Assembly: GCA_964016885.1 (NCBI GenBank)
Contig: OZ024743.1
Coordinates: 355,508,001 to 355,572,000, forward strand
Length of the DNA stretch: 64,000 nucleotides
Origin: Eledone cirrhosa
Lineage: Eukaryota
Direction of reading: 5' to 3'
Part shown: piece after piece, positions 11,107-24,006 of the stretch
Position numbering within the stretch: position 1 is the stretch's first letter
Layout of the letters: each line of letters opens with the position of its first letter
Notes under the pieces: generated by a model
Database searches by the model: none
The model's input: only the letters and a program-made list of their open reading frames with translations
Told to the model about the DNA's origin: nothing
Translations under genes and position numbers: made by a program

Positions 11107-13312
11107 TTATAAATAAGAATTTTAACAATTTATTCCTACGATATAAATATGTTCAGCATGTATATCAAAATGTCATAGAGGGTTATATGTATGAGTAACA
11201 TTGGAGAAATAACTACATGCATGGGGAAATATAAGTCTAAAACCCAGGAACTTGTGATTGGAAAACAAACTTCTTATTGAAGCAACATGACCGTCCTATG
11301 AAAGGTATTGTGTGTATAATATATGAAAATAAATATTCAACCATACATGACGTAGTATGGTGGTTGATATCATATTTCAAGGCTCTATTTTGTTTTATAA
11401 ATAAAAAGGGTGACGAGAGGGCAAACCCTTTGCTTAATAGCTTGGAGTTGGTCTTATTTGTATGTTTGTGATATGTTGATCGAAGCCTAAGTGAGAAAAC
11501 GATTACATTGACTACTTAGAGGTTATATGAATGGTGAGTATGACTAAATTTGTGTGCGTATGCATGCATGTATATGTATGTATGTTGTTGCCAACGGTAT
11601 CAACACAAACCAGCTAATGAAATGTCACTTCCCCCTCCTTTAATTCAGCCACTCTGCTTCTCTTACGTGCAGAATCATAAGCGTATGTCCCTGAAACATC
11701 CTAGCGAATAGAACAGACAAAGCGTTACCCCAGAGGGTAGCGATAGAAATGTGCTGAAAGAGTCATTTCAACTCGCAGTGTCATCCCTGTGGGTGGCCAA
11801 TACCATCCCGATAACCGTGTGTAGAGCCAAGAACGTCCACAAATTGTGATGACTGAAATAAACTAAAGTACTGAAGAACATGCGGAGAAAACTGCAGCAG
11901 TTTCATATTTTAGTTCAGACAAAAAAGAAAGAAAATGAGACAATTATAGAGAAATTTTAGACTGAAAATAAAATAAAATGAAATAAAACAAAATAAATCG
12001 GAGATAGCTAAAGAAAAGTTGAAGAAAATTTTACTAAACATATTTGAAGAGGATTTTTTTATGTTTAATATATTTTATCTTCCTGGTAATCTTATATTCA
12101 ACAAGAAGTTTACAAAATATATTTTAAAAACTCTTTCTTTTCTTCTCTCTTTCTCTTTCTCACTCATTCTCTGCCGCTCTTTCTCTCTCCCACACACACA
12201 CAGAAACACACACGCATATATATATAATATAATGTTGTAGTTTGCTTGAAGCATTTTTGTATAGCATATAATGTAGAAAATTATATGTTTAAGAGGGCTA
12301 AGACTATGCGAAATGGACTGTAGAATGAAGGCAACTAAAATGTATGTTACCTGGTATTTAAATTATAATTATCTTGTTTTTTTTTTTCGTCCTATTATTT
12401 CGGGACTTAAAAATCCAGAGGAAGCTAGAGGATGTCTTCTTTTGTTTCTGTAATATGTCAAAAATAGACTGCTTAAGTCTGGAGAGTTTCAGGTCAAACT
12501 CTCGGCTGGCAGGCGGGGATGAGACTGCATGGTCGAGGTGGTATATTGGAAATTTAGTGGTGGGTGACCAACAAAAACTAATGCATTATGAGTAACTGCT
12601 CTATCCGCGACACAGGTATGCACCAGCGGACACTTGTAATATACCAGATATAATGCAACAAATGTAAAGAATTCTACATTTGTAGTACGACTCGACCACT
12701 CCAGACCTGCATTAAAAAAACACCTCAACACATACTCATCCTCATTCAATAAATACATTTACAAATGCAAAAACACCAACAAAAACATTACAGTAAATAT
12801 TGAAGCTAGGTAGAGAAATGTGGGCAACTTAAAAATAAAGGAAGCACTGTTTATACGTAGACTCAATCCACAAATTTATAACAGAATGATTCTTAGCACA
12901 CAATACTTGGCATAAAACGAAGTACCCACACTCATACTGATGTGACCTAAATACAACAATTTACACAAGAAATTTGCTTCCATGAGATATTACATACGCC
13001 ATCCTCCTGCTTCTCGCGATATTATGACGCCATCCTCCTGCTTCTCGCAGATACTACAGCAAACGTCAAAACAACGTGTGAAAATGGTTTCTAAATTTTA
13101 AATTTAAATCAAATTTCAAAGTGATAAGACCGGAACGTTTTCCTCAAAGAGTTTCCCATACTCTGAAGAAGAGATTTTTAAATCTCGAAATATTAGGACA
13201 AAAAAAAGATAATAAATACCAAGTAACAGACTTTTTAGATGCCTTCATTTTACCGTCCATTTCGCGTTGTCTTAGCCTTCTTAAACATATCATTTTCCTC
13301 ATTATATATGCA

Positions 13313-13349
<37 letters not shown>

Positions 13350-13668
13350 ATATATATGTATATATATATATATATATGTATATATTTAAAAAAATAGAGG
13401 TGTAACACACGAGTTGTGATATATTAGTAAAAGGAAAAGAAAATGCTGACAAATTTTTCCTAGTGAAAAATAGTTTAATTAGGAATAAGTATAAATTAGT
13501 TTAAAATGCTATAAGGCATTAGCATTTTAAAGGGTCCGTCGAGCTGCCGGTCATTGAGTCGGGTAGGATCGATACAGATCGAACCTTGAGCTGATCAGTG
13601 GCGAAACGCGCGTCACCTACCAATAAATGTAATGAGGGAGTAACCAATTGTCCTTGTTATCCTTTCAA

Positions 13669-14312
13669 TATATATATATAAAACTGGGGATGTCTGTCTG
13701 TCTGTGTGTGAGTTCGAATCCCTAAAACTCGAGAACCACCCAACCGACTGTTTTCAAACTTTACATATGTAATACTTATGTTTCAGGGAGTGTTCTGAGC
13801 AAAAACAATTTCAACTTTTCAATGCCCTAAGGACCGCATTAGACGATTTAGCGATCTCGCTCTATAATTCTTAGAAAATCCAACTATTAGTGGAGCGAGT
13901 GAAATAAAGCCGACCCTGCTGCGATTCAAAAATCAGGTCTGCAGGTTATATATTTCACACAACACTAAAAATTAAAGCCGATAAAGAAAAACATCGCCGT
14001 AATAGCTTCAGTTTGTTTACTTACGTGCCTTTACGAGAACAAATGTTACTATTTTACCGCTTAGAATTGTAGAGAAGCACCAAACCGACATTCTTCAAAG
14101 TTTACACATGGAATACTTATATTTCAGAGAGTGTTCTGAACAAAAAACAAATTTCGAATTTTCAATGCGCTAGGGACCGCATTAGGCGATTTAGCGATCT
14201 CGCTCTATAATTCTTAGTCTTTCTCTTTTTAGATAGATTTTAACATATAACGTCGCGTCCGTATAATATCTGTCTGTATGTCTGATGTCTGCATTACGTC
14301 ACTTCCCTGAGG

Positions 14313-14375
<63 letters not shown>

Positions 14376-15046
14376 CGTGCGCGTGTGTGCGCGCGTGCGC
14401 GTGTGTGTGTGTGTGTGCGCGTGCGTGTGTGTGTGTGTGTGTGTGGATGTGTGGCTGTGTGTGTGTGTCTGTGAGTTTGAATCCCTAAAACTCGAGAAGT
14501 ACCCAACCGATTTTTTCAAACTTTACATGTGTATTACTTATGTATCAGGGAGAGTTATGCACATACAAAATTCAACTTTTTGTTTATCTCATTAGGTGAA
14601 AAACTGCGTTTTTAAAGATTTTTAGGGGTTTTTTGAGGCTTTTCGTCAGACGGATTTCCTTGAAATTGTAACTATATATTAGTCAGTCTCTTCTTCATAC
14701 CGTAAGCAAAGAAAATCCAACTTTCTTATGGCCTAGGGCCCGCATTAGATGAAAAACTTCATTTTTTCAGCTTCTTAGGGCCTTTTGGAGGCGTTACGTC
14801 AGCCGATTTTCCCGAAATTTAAAGGCATATTATGCACATAAAAAAATTCATTTTCTTGATCCCCTAGCTGAAAACCTACATTTTCCCTGGTTCATCGAGG
14901 AAAATCTTAAAGATTATCCAGCCATCAGAGTATTCGGTTTATTTTCTTTACATATTGTCCAGGTATGCAGTTTTTCCACGATTAGGTCTGTTGGCGGCCC
15001 GCGTTCCAAAATACCTTATCCCGTGCAACGCCGGGTACCACTGCTA
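13669..15046 (+). mobile_element. Non-autonomous Helitron with internal subrepeats and (GT)n
   Basis: 5' tatatatataaaactgggg; repeated unit gaatccctaaaactcgaga..ccaaccga; 3' CCCGTGCAACGCCGGG hairpin + taccactgcta; same family as 23030-23513. Confidence 0.75.
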
Positions 15047-15058
15047 TATATATATATA

Positions 15059-17893
15059 TCTATATATATAAATCTGATAATGTGTGTGTTAAGATTTGTA
15101 ACGGATTCACGTCCACAATTTCCAACGGATTCTATTGAAAGTCGGGACAATTATTGCTTTTGGTCAGGAAAAGGTCTTGAAGCAAACAAATTTCAAATCC
15201 ATCAACAATAAGGGCAAAAATCGATCATGATCATTCCCCTTCTCTATAATTTAACTGCTTTACTCTCTCTGTCGCTCTTCACTCCCTATATGACAACACT
15301 GCAGAGAGAGAAACAATGTTTATGATCAAATGGAGCGTTCCGTATATTCCCTCTCTCTATAATGTAACTGCTTTACTCTCTCTGTCGCTTTTCACTCCCT
15401 ATATGACAACACTGTAGTGGAGCGTTCCGTATTGACATCGGCTTATCTGGAGCATTTTCAATCGGCTTATTGCAAATAACAACTCGCAAAATAACACTTC
15501 ATATAACAGATTAATGCTATAGACGTCTGAATCGGGATGTAACCCGTGAACTTTTTCCTGGGCAAAATTATTCGAACAGAAATGGCCCACATTGCCAGAG
15601 TGTTCAGACTGAAACTGGCTAAACTCGTGGCTTTAATCAAAAAGGGTCAGGTATTTGGGGTAGAAAAATCTGACATGTTTACCGTCGAATGGCAAAAACG
15701 AGGGCTGCCACATGCTCACATTTTGATTTAGTTAGCTGATAAAATAAATTCAAATGCCATAGACAGCTTAATTTCGGCTGAAATCCCTAACCCAGCAACT
15801 GACCAGGAATTACATGACATCGTCAAAGCTAACATGGTCCGTGTGTGTCGTGTCCTAATGAGCATCATACGTGTCTGAAAGGGGGGGTCGTGCAGTAAGG
15901 GATACCTAAAAAGATTTGTTGACCAGACTCAGACTGGTGGCGACGGGTACTCCCTGTACAGGCGGAGACGGCCCGAGAACGGTGGCTTCACCACAACAGT
16001 AAAGAGAGGTCAAGTCGACAATAGATGGATGGTCCCTTACTGCCCGCTTCTCTTGAAGATGTTCAAAGCCCACATCAACGTTGACTTTTGCAACTCCGTC
16101 AAGTCGATAAAATACATATGCAAATATGTAAATAAGGGCTCTGATGCCACAATGTTCACATTTCAAGCTGAAAATAGCAGGGACGAGGTCACAGAATACC
16201 TGGCGGGGCGGTACATCAGTAGCAATGAAGCTTTTTGGCGCCTATTTGGTTTACCCCTACACCAACGGCACCCCGCCATCGTACAGCTTGCGGTACATTT
16301 GGAAAATGGGCAAAGGGTTTACTTTACGGACCAAACCGCCGCCAAGTTGGCCGCCGATCCGAAAGAGACCACTCTGACAGGTTTCTTCAAACTTTGCCAG
16401 TTCGATACATTTGCGCAAACAATTGTGTACCCCCAGGCTCCATCCTACTTTATATGGTCGAAAAACACTTGGGTGCGAAGAAAGTCAGGTCAGGCTATTG
16501 AAAGACATCCTGGAGTAAAATTTGACAGCTGTCTTGGAAGGGTTTACACTGTGCCCCCAAGTCAGCATGAGTGGTTTCATCTCCGCCTTCTTCTGCATGA
16601 AGTTGTAGGCCCACAAAGTTTCAGGACCTCAAAACTGTTGATGGAGAAATATGTGATACGTACCGGGAAGCCTGCTTCAAGCGTGGTCTTTTAGAAGAAG
16701 ATTCGCAATGGGATTCCACTTTAGCTGAGGGTGTTTTGTTGAAATCACCTAAAGGTCTACGGGAGCTCTTTGCCATTTTGCTTCAAAAGTGTGAATTGGG
16801 TGATCCCAAATCTTTATGGGTCAAGTACAGAGACTTCATGTCTGAGGACTTCCTGCGCCTGGCTCATCTGCAGTATACTTCAGTGGAAGTTGGTTACAGC
16901 GACATTATCTACAACAGGGCACTCATTGATATCGAGGACGCCCTCCTCGACATGCGTGGGAGTGAGTTGGCGACGTATGGCTTGCCGTCAACCGTCAGAG
17001 AGGAAGCTAACATGTTGGCGCCGCATTTGTTGCGGGAAACAGCATATGACATTGAATCTCTTTCCCAATACTTAGAGGAAAATGAGCACAAACTTCTGTC
17101 GGACCAAAGGTTGGCCTATTTAACTATCATTGACGCGGTTCAAAATCAAACTGGGGGTATTTACTTTCTCGATGCTCCTGGGGGTACCGGAAAAACCTTT
17201 GTAACGAAATTGATTCTCGCTAAGAATCGTCAGGAGAAAAAAATTGCGTTGGCCGTTGCATCGTCCGGGATTGCTGCTCCTTTGCTGCCGAGAGGCAGGA
17301 CAGCACATTCAACATTTAAACTCCCCTTGGATTTAGTAAAAACTGAGACACCAACATGCAATATCAGCAAGAGTTCACACGAAGCTCTGGTTCTCAAAAA
17401 ATGTTGCCTCATTGTTTGGGATGAGTGCACAATGGCACACAAGGGTACCCTTGAGGCACTGGACAGGACCCTGAAAGACATTAGGGATCCTACGGCTCCT
17501 ATGGGTGGCGTAACCCTTCTGCTATCAGGGGATTTTAGGCAAACGCGGCCTGTCATCCCCAAAGGGACAAGAGCTGATGAGGTGCGTGCCTGCCTTAAGT
17601 CGTCCATGTTGTGGCTCCAGGTGAAGAGTTTGTACCTGAGCACAAATATGCGTGCTCATTTGCATGGTGACAACATGCCTGCAGCAACTACTCAGAACAT
17701 TTTAGCACTTGGTGAGAGCAAGGTCCCTGCGGATGACAAGGGCGGCATAGCAATCGACTCCCTGTGCAACATTGTGAGCAGCCCTTCTGACCTTTGGGAA
17801 GCAGTTTTTCCTAATGTCTTATCTAACTTTAAAAACCTCGATTGGCTCAGCGAAAGAGCCATCCTTGCTCCGAAAAATACCATGGTTAATTTT
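15059..17893 (+). mobile_element. Decayed, internally deleted and 3'-truncated autonomous-type Helitron (RepHel)
   Basis: 5' TCTATATATATAAA; HUH motif VEWQKRGLPHAHILI; SIKYICKYVNKG; GRYISSNEAFWR; PIF1 helicase motifs FLDAPGGTGKTF, IVWDECTM, LSGDFRQ, LSTNMR, RAILAPKN. Confidence 0.92.
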
Positions 17894-17896
17894 TAA
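16736..17896 (+). pseudogene. PIF1-family helicase portion of Helitron RepHel (386 aa open fragment)
   Basis: Walker A DAPGGTGKT, VASSGIAAPLL..GRTAHSTFKLP, Walker B WDE. Confidence 0.9.
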
Positions 17897-17948
17897 CTGA
17901 ACAAAAAAGAAAAACGAACACAGTTCGTTTTTCTTTTTTGTTCAGTTA
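17894..17948. repeat. Perfect 26-bp inverted repeat with 3-nt loop
   Basis: taactgaacaaaaaagaaaaacgaac-aca-gttcgtttttcttttttgttcagtta. Confidence 0.95.
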
Positions 17949-18299
17949 TAATATACGTCTCGGAAAAGCTTTTTTCTTAGAGCTAATTTACTGTAATTAG
18001 TGTGTGCGGCGTTTATATATATATATATATATATATATATGACAGTCGATCGACTTTCGTCGAATCGAACCAAATGAGCAATGTTTCCGTTGGTCTTTCC
18101 GATTGCTAATACTATCTATCGGCCGCAACTCCAGGTATATTTATATAAAGAGAAGAGGTGGAGGTATACGTATGTAACCACGCGTGTCTCTGTTGACGCT
18201 TGTATGTATGTTTGTATGTATATATGTGCGTTCTTCCGCCCTTTGTCAGGTTTTGTTTTTTGTCCTGCAGTGTGTAAATATGCATATACATATGTACCG

Positions 18300-18612
18300 C
18301 GTGGTTAAACCATTGGGAGTGAAGGATCCCTAGCCTTTGTCAAGGCATTCTTCTAGGAGAAGGAAACTCAGGAAACTGGGATAACGCCGACATAAAACCG
18401 CGGCTCAGTAGTTATCGATGATGTTGATCTTTTCTTCTTTTCGGGTTATAGCTACTGTCGCTCAGAGAGTGGGATTGGCTCAGTGCACAGTCTTTCCTCA
18501 CTTTAAAAAATATCTTCACGCACAGGTATATCACGATAGAATTAATTAATAATTATTAATAATGGTATATCGTGCAATGGCCATACTCGATAACGTAGGG
18601 GCAACCATCATA
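18300..18612 (+). mobile_element. Diverged non-autonomous RTE-derived retroelement fragment
   Basis: Shares tagc.tttgtcaaggca..ttctaggagaaggaaa, gagagtggga.tggct, cttcacg..acagg and the 3' ggcc.tactcga.aacg motif with 18681-19215 and 34019-34630; ends in (TATG)n. Confidence 0.6.
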
Positions 18613-18680
18613 TATGTATGTACGTATGTGTGTACATACGTATGTATGTACGTACGATTGTATGTACGTACGTATGTATG

Positions 18681-19215
18681 TCAAGTCACCAGTTGGTGCT
18701 ACTGGTAGCATGTATCCCAGTACAACCTGTCCCATGGTCGGGTCGTTGGCGACTAAACTGGCAACCCCACCAAGGTTTCTTGGTGAGGAGGGTGACTTTA
18801 GACATCCTGCAAGACTAAAGACAAAACCTGTCAAAGGGCAAAGGAGCTCTTAAGAGTCAATGGCCATCCAAAATCACCGGGAGAGATCACCCCTTAGCTT
18901 TTGTCAAGGCAGAATTCTAGGAGAAGGAAAACTCTGATATAACACCTGCATCCCTGATCGTATCCAATAATGTTGACTTGTTCTTCTTTTTGGTAAATAT
19001 CATCTTGGTTAAGAGAGTGGGACTGGCTTTGTGCAGTGACTTTGCTCACTACAAAAGCTTCACGGCACAGGCATTGCTTTATATCTGGAGATCTCTCTGC
19101 ATTTGTCGTCACATGGTGCCATGGGGCCAGCACTATGTGTCAATAATTGTCACAGGTGTAGTGTTTGTATCAGAGTTTTCAAGTCGCTAGCTGGACTAAA
19201 ATGTCACACTTGTTC
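18681..19215 (+). mobile_element. Bipartite non-autonomous RTE derivative (5' UTR joined to ORF end), 3' end missing
   Basis: Near-identical to the reverse complement of 34019-34630; RTE-type ggagaaggaaaactctga 5' motif; C-terminal zinc finger remnant CSVCIRVFKSLAGLKCH. Confidence 0.7.
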
Positions 19216-19293
19216 TACCCCCCATTCTCCTGAGCGTGAATTTAATAAACATTTATTGTACTGCCTCTCTGTTCTGTCCCTGTTCAATTTTTC

Positions 19294-19294
<1 letters not shown>

Positions 19295-19362
<68 letters not shown>

Positions 19363-19373
19363 TGATATGTCTG

Positions 19374-19411
<38 letters not shown>

Positions 19412-19429
19412 AGTAGTGATATGTCTGTA

Positions 19430-19510
<81 letters not shown>

Positions 19511-19611
19511 AAGTAGTGATATGTCTGTGTGTATATATATATATATGTAAGTAGTGATATGTCTGTATATATATATATATATGTGTGTGTGTGTAAGTTG
19601 TGATATGTCTG

Positions 19612-19650
<39 letters not shown>

Positions 19651-19663
19651 AAGTAGTGATATG

Positions 19664-19724
<61 letters not shown>

Positions 19725-19775
19725 AAGTAGTGATATGTCTGTGTGTATATATATATATATGTAAGTAGTGATATG

Positions 19776-19820
<45 letters not shown>

Positions 19821-19845
19821 GTGTGTGTGTGTAAGTAGTGATATG

Positions 19846-19892
<47 letters not shown>

Positions 19893-19909
19893 AAGTAGTG
19901 ATATGTCTG

Positions 19910-19944
<35 letters not shown>

Positions 19945-19957
19945 AAGTAGTGATATG

Positions 19958-20006
<49 letters not shown>

Positions 20007-20057
20007 AAGTAGTGATATGTCTGTGTGTATATATATATATATGTAAGTAGTGATATG

Positions 20058-20114
<57 letters not shown>

Positions 20115-20135
20115 AAGTAGTGATATGTCTGTGTG
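19295..20135. repeat. Compound minisatellite: ~14 copies of AAGTAGTGATATGTCTGT separated by variable (AT)n(GT)n
   Basis: Direct reading. Confidence 0.9.
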
Positions 20136-20225
20136 TATTTGTGACTTTCCAACATTCTTCTACCGATACATATATTGAGACAGAAGTTGAAATCTATAAT
20201 CCCAGTGTATCATAACAACCATTGT

Positions 20226-20322
20226 AACAAGTACATAGAGGTAAGGGGGGATAAGTACATAGAGGGGGGGGGCAAGTACATAGAGGGAGGGGGGACAAGT
20301 ACATAGAGGGAGGGGGGACAAA
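20226..20322. repeat. ~24-bp tandem repeat (aagtacatagagg + G-run) x4
   Basis: Direct reading. Confidence 0.85.
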
Positions 20323-20447
20323 TAATAAATGATATTAATTAAATGAAAATTATCCTTTAATTATCAATATTTCAATATTTTTGCCCAAGTCAAAAATATT
20401 GAAAGAATATATGAAAATAAGAGGAAGAAGAAAGAAAGAAATAGAGA

Positions 20448-21497
20448 AGGTGATAGTGTTTGTGGTTGTGTGGTGGGGGGGGGGGGGGGGGTGATAGTGT
20501 TTGTGGTTGTGTGGTGGTGGTGGGGGGTTGTGAGGGTGGTGGAGGTTTTGGTGGTTGTTGTTGTTGTGGTGCTGGTGGTAGTGGTGGTGGTTGTGGTGAT
20601 AGTGTTTGTGGTTGCGTGGTGGTGGTGGTGGTAGTGGTTGTGGTGGTGGTGGTGGTGGTGGGGGTTGTGGTTGTGGTGATAGTGTTTGTGGTTGTGTGGT
20701 GGTGGTGGGGGGGTTGTGGGGGTGGTGGAGGTTTTGGTGGTTGTTGTTGTTGTGGTGCTGGTGGTGGTGGTGGTAGTTGTGGTGATAGTGTTTGTGGTTG
20801 TGTGGTGGTGGTGGTGGGGGGGGGGGGGGATTTTGGTGGTTGTTGTTGTTGTGGTACTGGTGGTGGTGGTGGAAGTGGTGGTGGTGGTGATAGTGTTTGT
20901 GGTTGTGTGGTGGGAGGGGGGTACTGGTGGTGGTGGTGGAAGTGGTTGTGGTGGTGATAGTGTTTGTAGTTGTGTGGTGGTGGTGGTGGGGGTCTTGGTG
21001 GTTGTTGTTGTGGTGGTGCTGGTGGTGGTGGTGGAAGTGGTGGTGGTGGTGCTGGTGGTGGTGGTGGAAGTGGTGGTGGTGGTGATAGTGTTTGTGGTTG
21101 TGTGGTGGGAGGGGGGTACTGGTGGTGGTGGTGGAAGTGGTGGTGGCCGTGGTTGTCGTGGTGGTGGCGGTGGTAGTAGTTGTAGTGGTGGTGGTGGTAG
21201 TGTTGGTGGTGGTGGTGGTGGTGGTGGTGGCTGTGGAAGTGACGGTGGCCGTGGTTGTCGAGGTGGTGGCCGTGGTAGTAGTGGTGGTGGTGGTGGTGGT
21301 AGTGGAGGAGGAGGTGATAGTGTTGGTGGTGGTGGTAGTGGTGGTGGTGGTGGTGGTGGTGGTGGTGGCTGTTGCAATGGTGGTAGTAGATGAGGAGAAG
21401 AATGATGATGATGATGATGATGATGATGAGGAGGAGGAGGAGGAGGAGGAGGAGGAGGAGGAGGAGGAGGAGGAGGAGGAGGAGGAGGAGGAGGAGA
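20448..21497. repeat. (GGT)n-rich low-complexity tract with recurring gtgatagtgtttgtggttgtgtgg unit, then (GAT)n(GAG)n
   Basis: Direct reading. Confidence 0.9.
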
Positions 21498-21927
21498 TTA
21501 ATTATGATTTTTCAATCGAGGCGAATGATAACGAGAAACTAAAAAGAACAGAAACTAAAACAAAGTTTCAAATAAAAAAAAACAGCAATTAACGTCTTAA
21601 ATATCCTGTTATAATTATAGAAATCAATAATCATAACGATATAGAGTCTAGAATTTTCTCAAACATCTATGTGAGTGTAGCAGGAGTGTATATATATATT
21701 AAGATTATTATATATATGTATATATATATGTGTGTGTGAGTTGTGTGTCTGTGTGTGTACGTGAATGTATGCATAGACGCACCACACATTCATACATACA
21801 TTAATATATATATATATATATATATATAAATTATTAAAAATATATATATAATGCAAAAATTTGAACAGAAACAAAACAGAGAGGCAGTACAACGAATGTT
21901 TATTAATTTCACATATATATATATATA

Positions 21928-22005
21928 CAGGGTGTCCCAAAAAATGTGTAAACATATTTATTAGAATGCTCTTAAAGTGTGTATACATTTTGGGGGGACA
22001 CTCTG
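21928..22005. mobile_element. Tc1/mariner-type MITE (78 bp)
   Basis: TA + CAGGGTGTCCCAAAAAATGT ... ACATTTTGGGGGGACACTCTG terminal inverted repeats. Confidence 0.75.
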
Positions 22006-22042
22006 TGTGTGTATATATTAATATATATATTAATAATATATA

Positions 22043-22420
22043 TATGTAGAGGCTATATTTAATTTGTTGGGATACAACAAGCTAAATATTTTTATAACTG
22101 ATATAAAGCACTCAACAAATTATTGGAGTAAATATACAATATATTAAACAAATGGAAACTAAATGGTTGCATTTTTTAAGGGTATGTTAATATTTATTTA
22201 TAAAACTAACCTATATTATATTTTATCTGATGAAAGCGCACCATAGATTGCTCTGGTGGTCCTTGAAATATGTAAAATGAAATAAATATGGTTTTATAAA
22301 TATAGTTTCCATTTGTTAATATATTGTATTTATACTCCAAAAATTTGTTGAGTGCTTTATATCAGTTATAAAAATATTTGCTTGTTCTATCCCAACAAAT
22401 TAAATATAGCTTCTACACAT
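22043..22420. repeat. Fold-back element (~120-bp arms) with a hammerhead-like motif in the spacer
   Basis: tgtagaggctatatttaatttgttgggata..aaatggaaacta versus tagtttccattt..tatcccaacaaattaaatatagcttctaca; spacer holds CTGATGA-aag..cacca/tggtg..ctt-GAAA-tat-GTA at 22227-22273. Confidence 0.75.
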
Positions 22421-22436
22421 ATATATATATATATAT

Positions 22437-22540
22437 TTTTTTTTATTTTATAGAAGGAACTTCTACAGGACTAGTACTGTTTCATTCAGATGAAATCTTC
22501 AGGAAGCTCTGTAGAAGTTCCTTCTATAAAATAAAAAAAA
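22437..22540 (-). ncRNA. Short hairpin element with hammerhead-like core
   Basis: Arms tttatagaaggaacttctacag / ctgtagaagttccttctataaa; minus strand ctacag(agcttc)CTGAAGA-tttcatctgaat-GAAAC-agtacta-GTC-ctgtag. Confidence 0.5.
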
Positions 22541-22684
22541 TTTACTCTGCCATGTATTGAGTACCTTACTTACTGTGGTTATCCCCGACTCAACCCGGGA
22601 CCTACGTATATATATATATATATGGTAAACAGAAATAACAATACAATCGGTAAATTATATGGAAGGAATATATTAGGTTATATT

Positions 22685-22738
<54 letters not shown>

Positions 22739-23029
22739 GTTATTTTGGGGATGGTTATATTGCCAGCATAGCTAATAAAAACACATGCACCATATGATTT
22801 TAAATTTATCTTTATTATTAGTTATTCGTTTAGATCGTCAAAGTTCTTTTATCACACATTCTGTGACCTTCTCAAAAAGTCCAACCATCTAAAGTAACTC
22901 AAAGAACACCAACCAAAAGAAATTACCCACTAAATTAATATTAAAGTGAAAACCACAACAGAAAAATACTTCGTAACCAGAGGGCATTTCAACGGGGATC
23001 TTAATCCAAACAGTATCAGAGGTATGATA

Positions 23030-23513
<484 letters not shown>

Positions 23514-23679
23514 TATATAATATTTCCTCACACAGCCCTAGCCTACAACAAAATAGGACAAGCCTAAACTAACCAAAACACATTACACAAAATACTACCC
23601 AGTTAAATAAAATTATAGCCTACCGATGATACTGCCACTAACTTCATCAGGCCGCCTATAATTGGCATCCGTAAAGACG

Positions 23680-24006
23680 CCCTACAGTCAAGAATGACCA
23701 TGAGATTTGACCCTAGAAAGTTCCCCTCCGAGGTACAAGTCTGGACAAGGTTGTTCATGGAAGACCAGCAGTTACGCATGCATGCACCTCTCCTCTCCCT
23801 ATGCTACCGATGTTGTCCAAGTGAAAGGCATTGGCCGATACAGTTTGACACCAGTGACGTCGTAACTTATTTCTACGGTTGAGTGAACTGCAGCAACGTA
23901 AAATAAAGTGTCTTGCTCAAGGACACAACGCATCGCCCGGTCCGGTGAATTTAACTCACAACCACGGGATTATGAATACAACTCTCTAACCACTAAACCA
24001 CGCACT
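23680..24006 (-). mobile_element. tRNA-derived SINE (CORE/V-type central motif)
   Basis: Minus strand head gcgtggtttagtggttaga (A box)..gagttaaattc (B-box like), then ttgtgtccttgagcaagacact. Confidence 0.7.

Noticed and set aside
16736-17896. Host PIF1 helicase gene
   Set aside because: Intronless, preceded by HUH Rep motifs and a TC 5' terminus, frameshifted and truncated: Helitron
18681-18800. Canonical twister or HDV ribozyme call
   Set aside because: Could not place the conserved GUNNCAAG or UCC-loop/catalytic C motifs; kept only as a structured-RNA hypothesis
19295-20155. CRISPR-like repeat/spacer appearance and a 286-aa ORF
   Set aside because: Spacers are only (AT)n(GT)n, there are no cas genes and the context is eukaryotic; the ORF is a translation of simple repeats
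20364-21592. Long Pro/Thr/His-rich or Gly/Val-rich ORFs (extensin or mucin-like)
   Set aside because: Open in several frames on both strands because (GGT)n lacks stops; no splice or domain evidence
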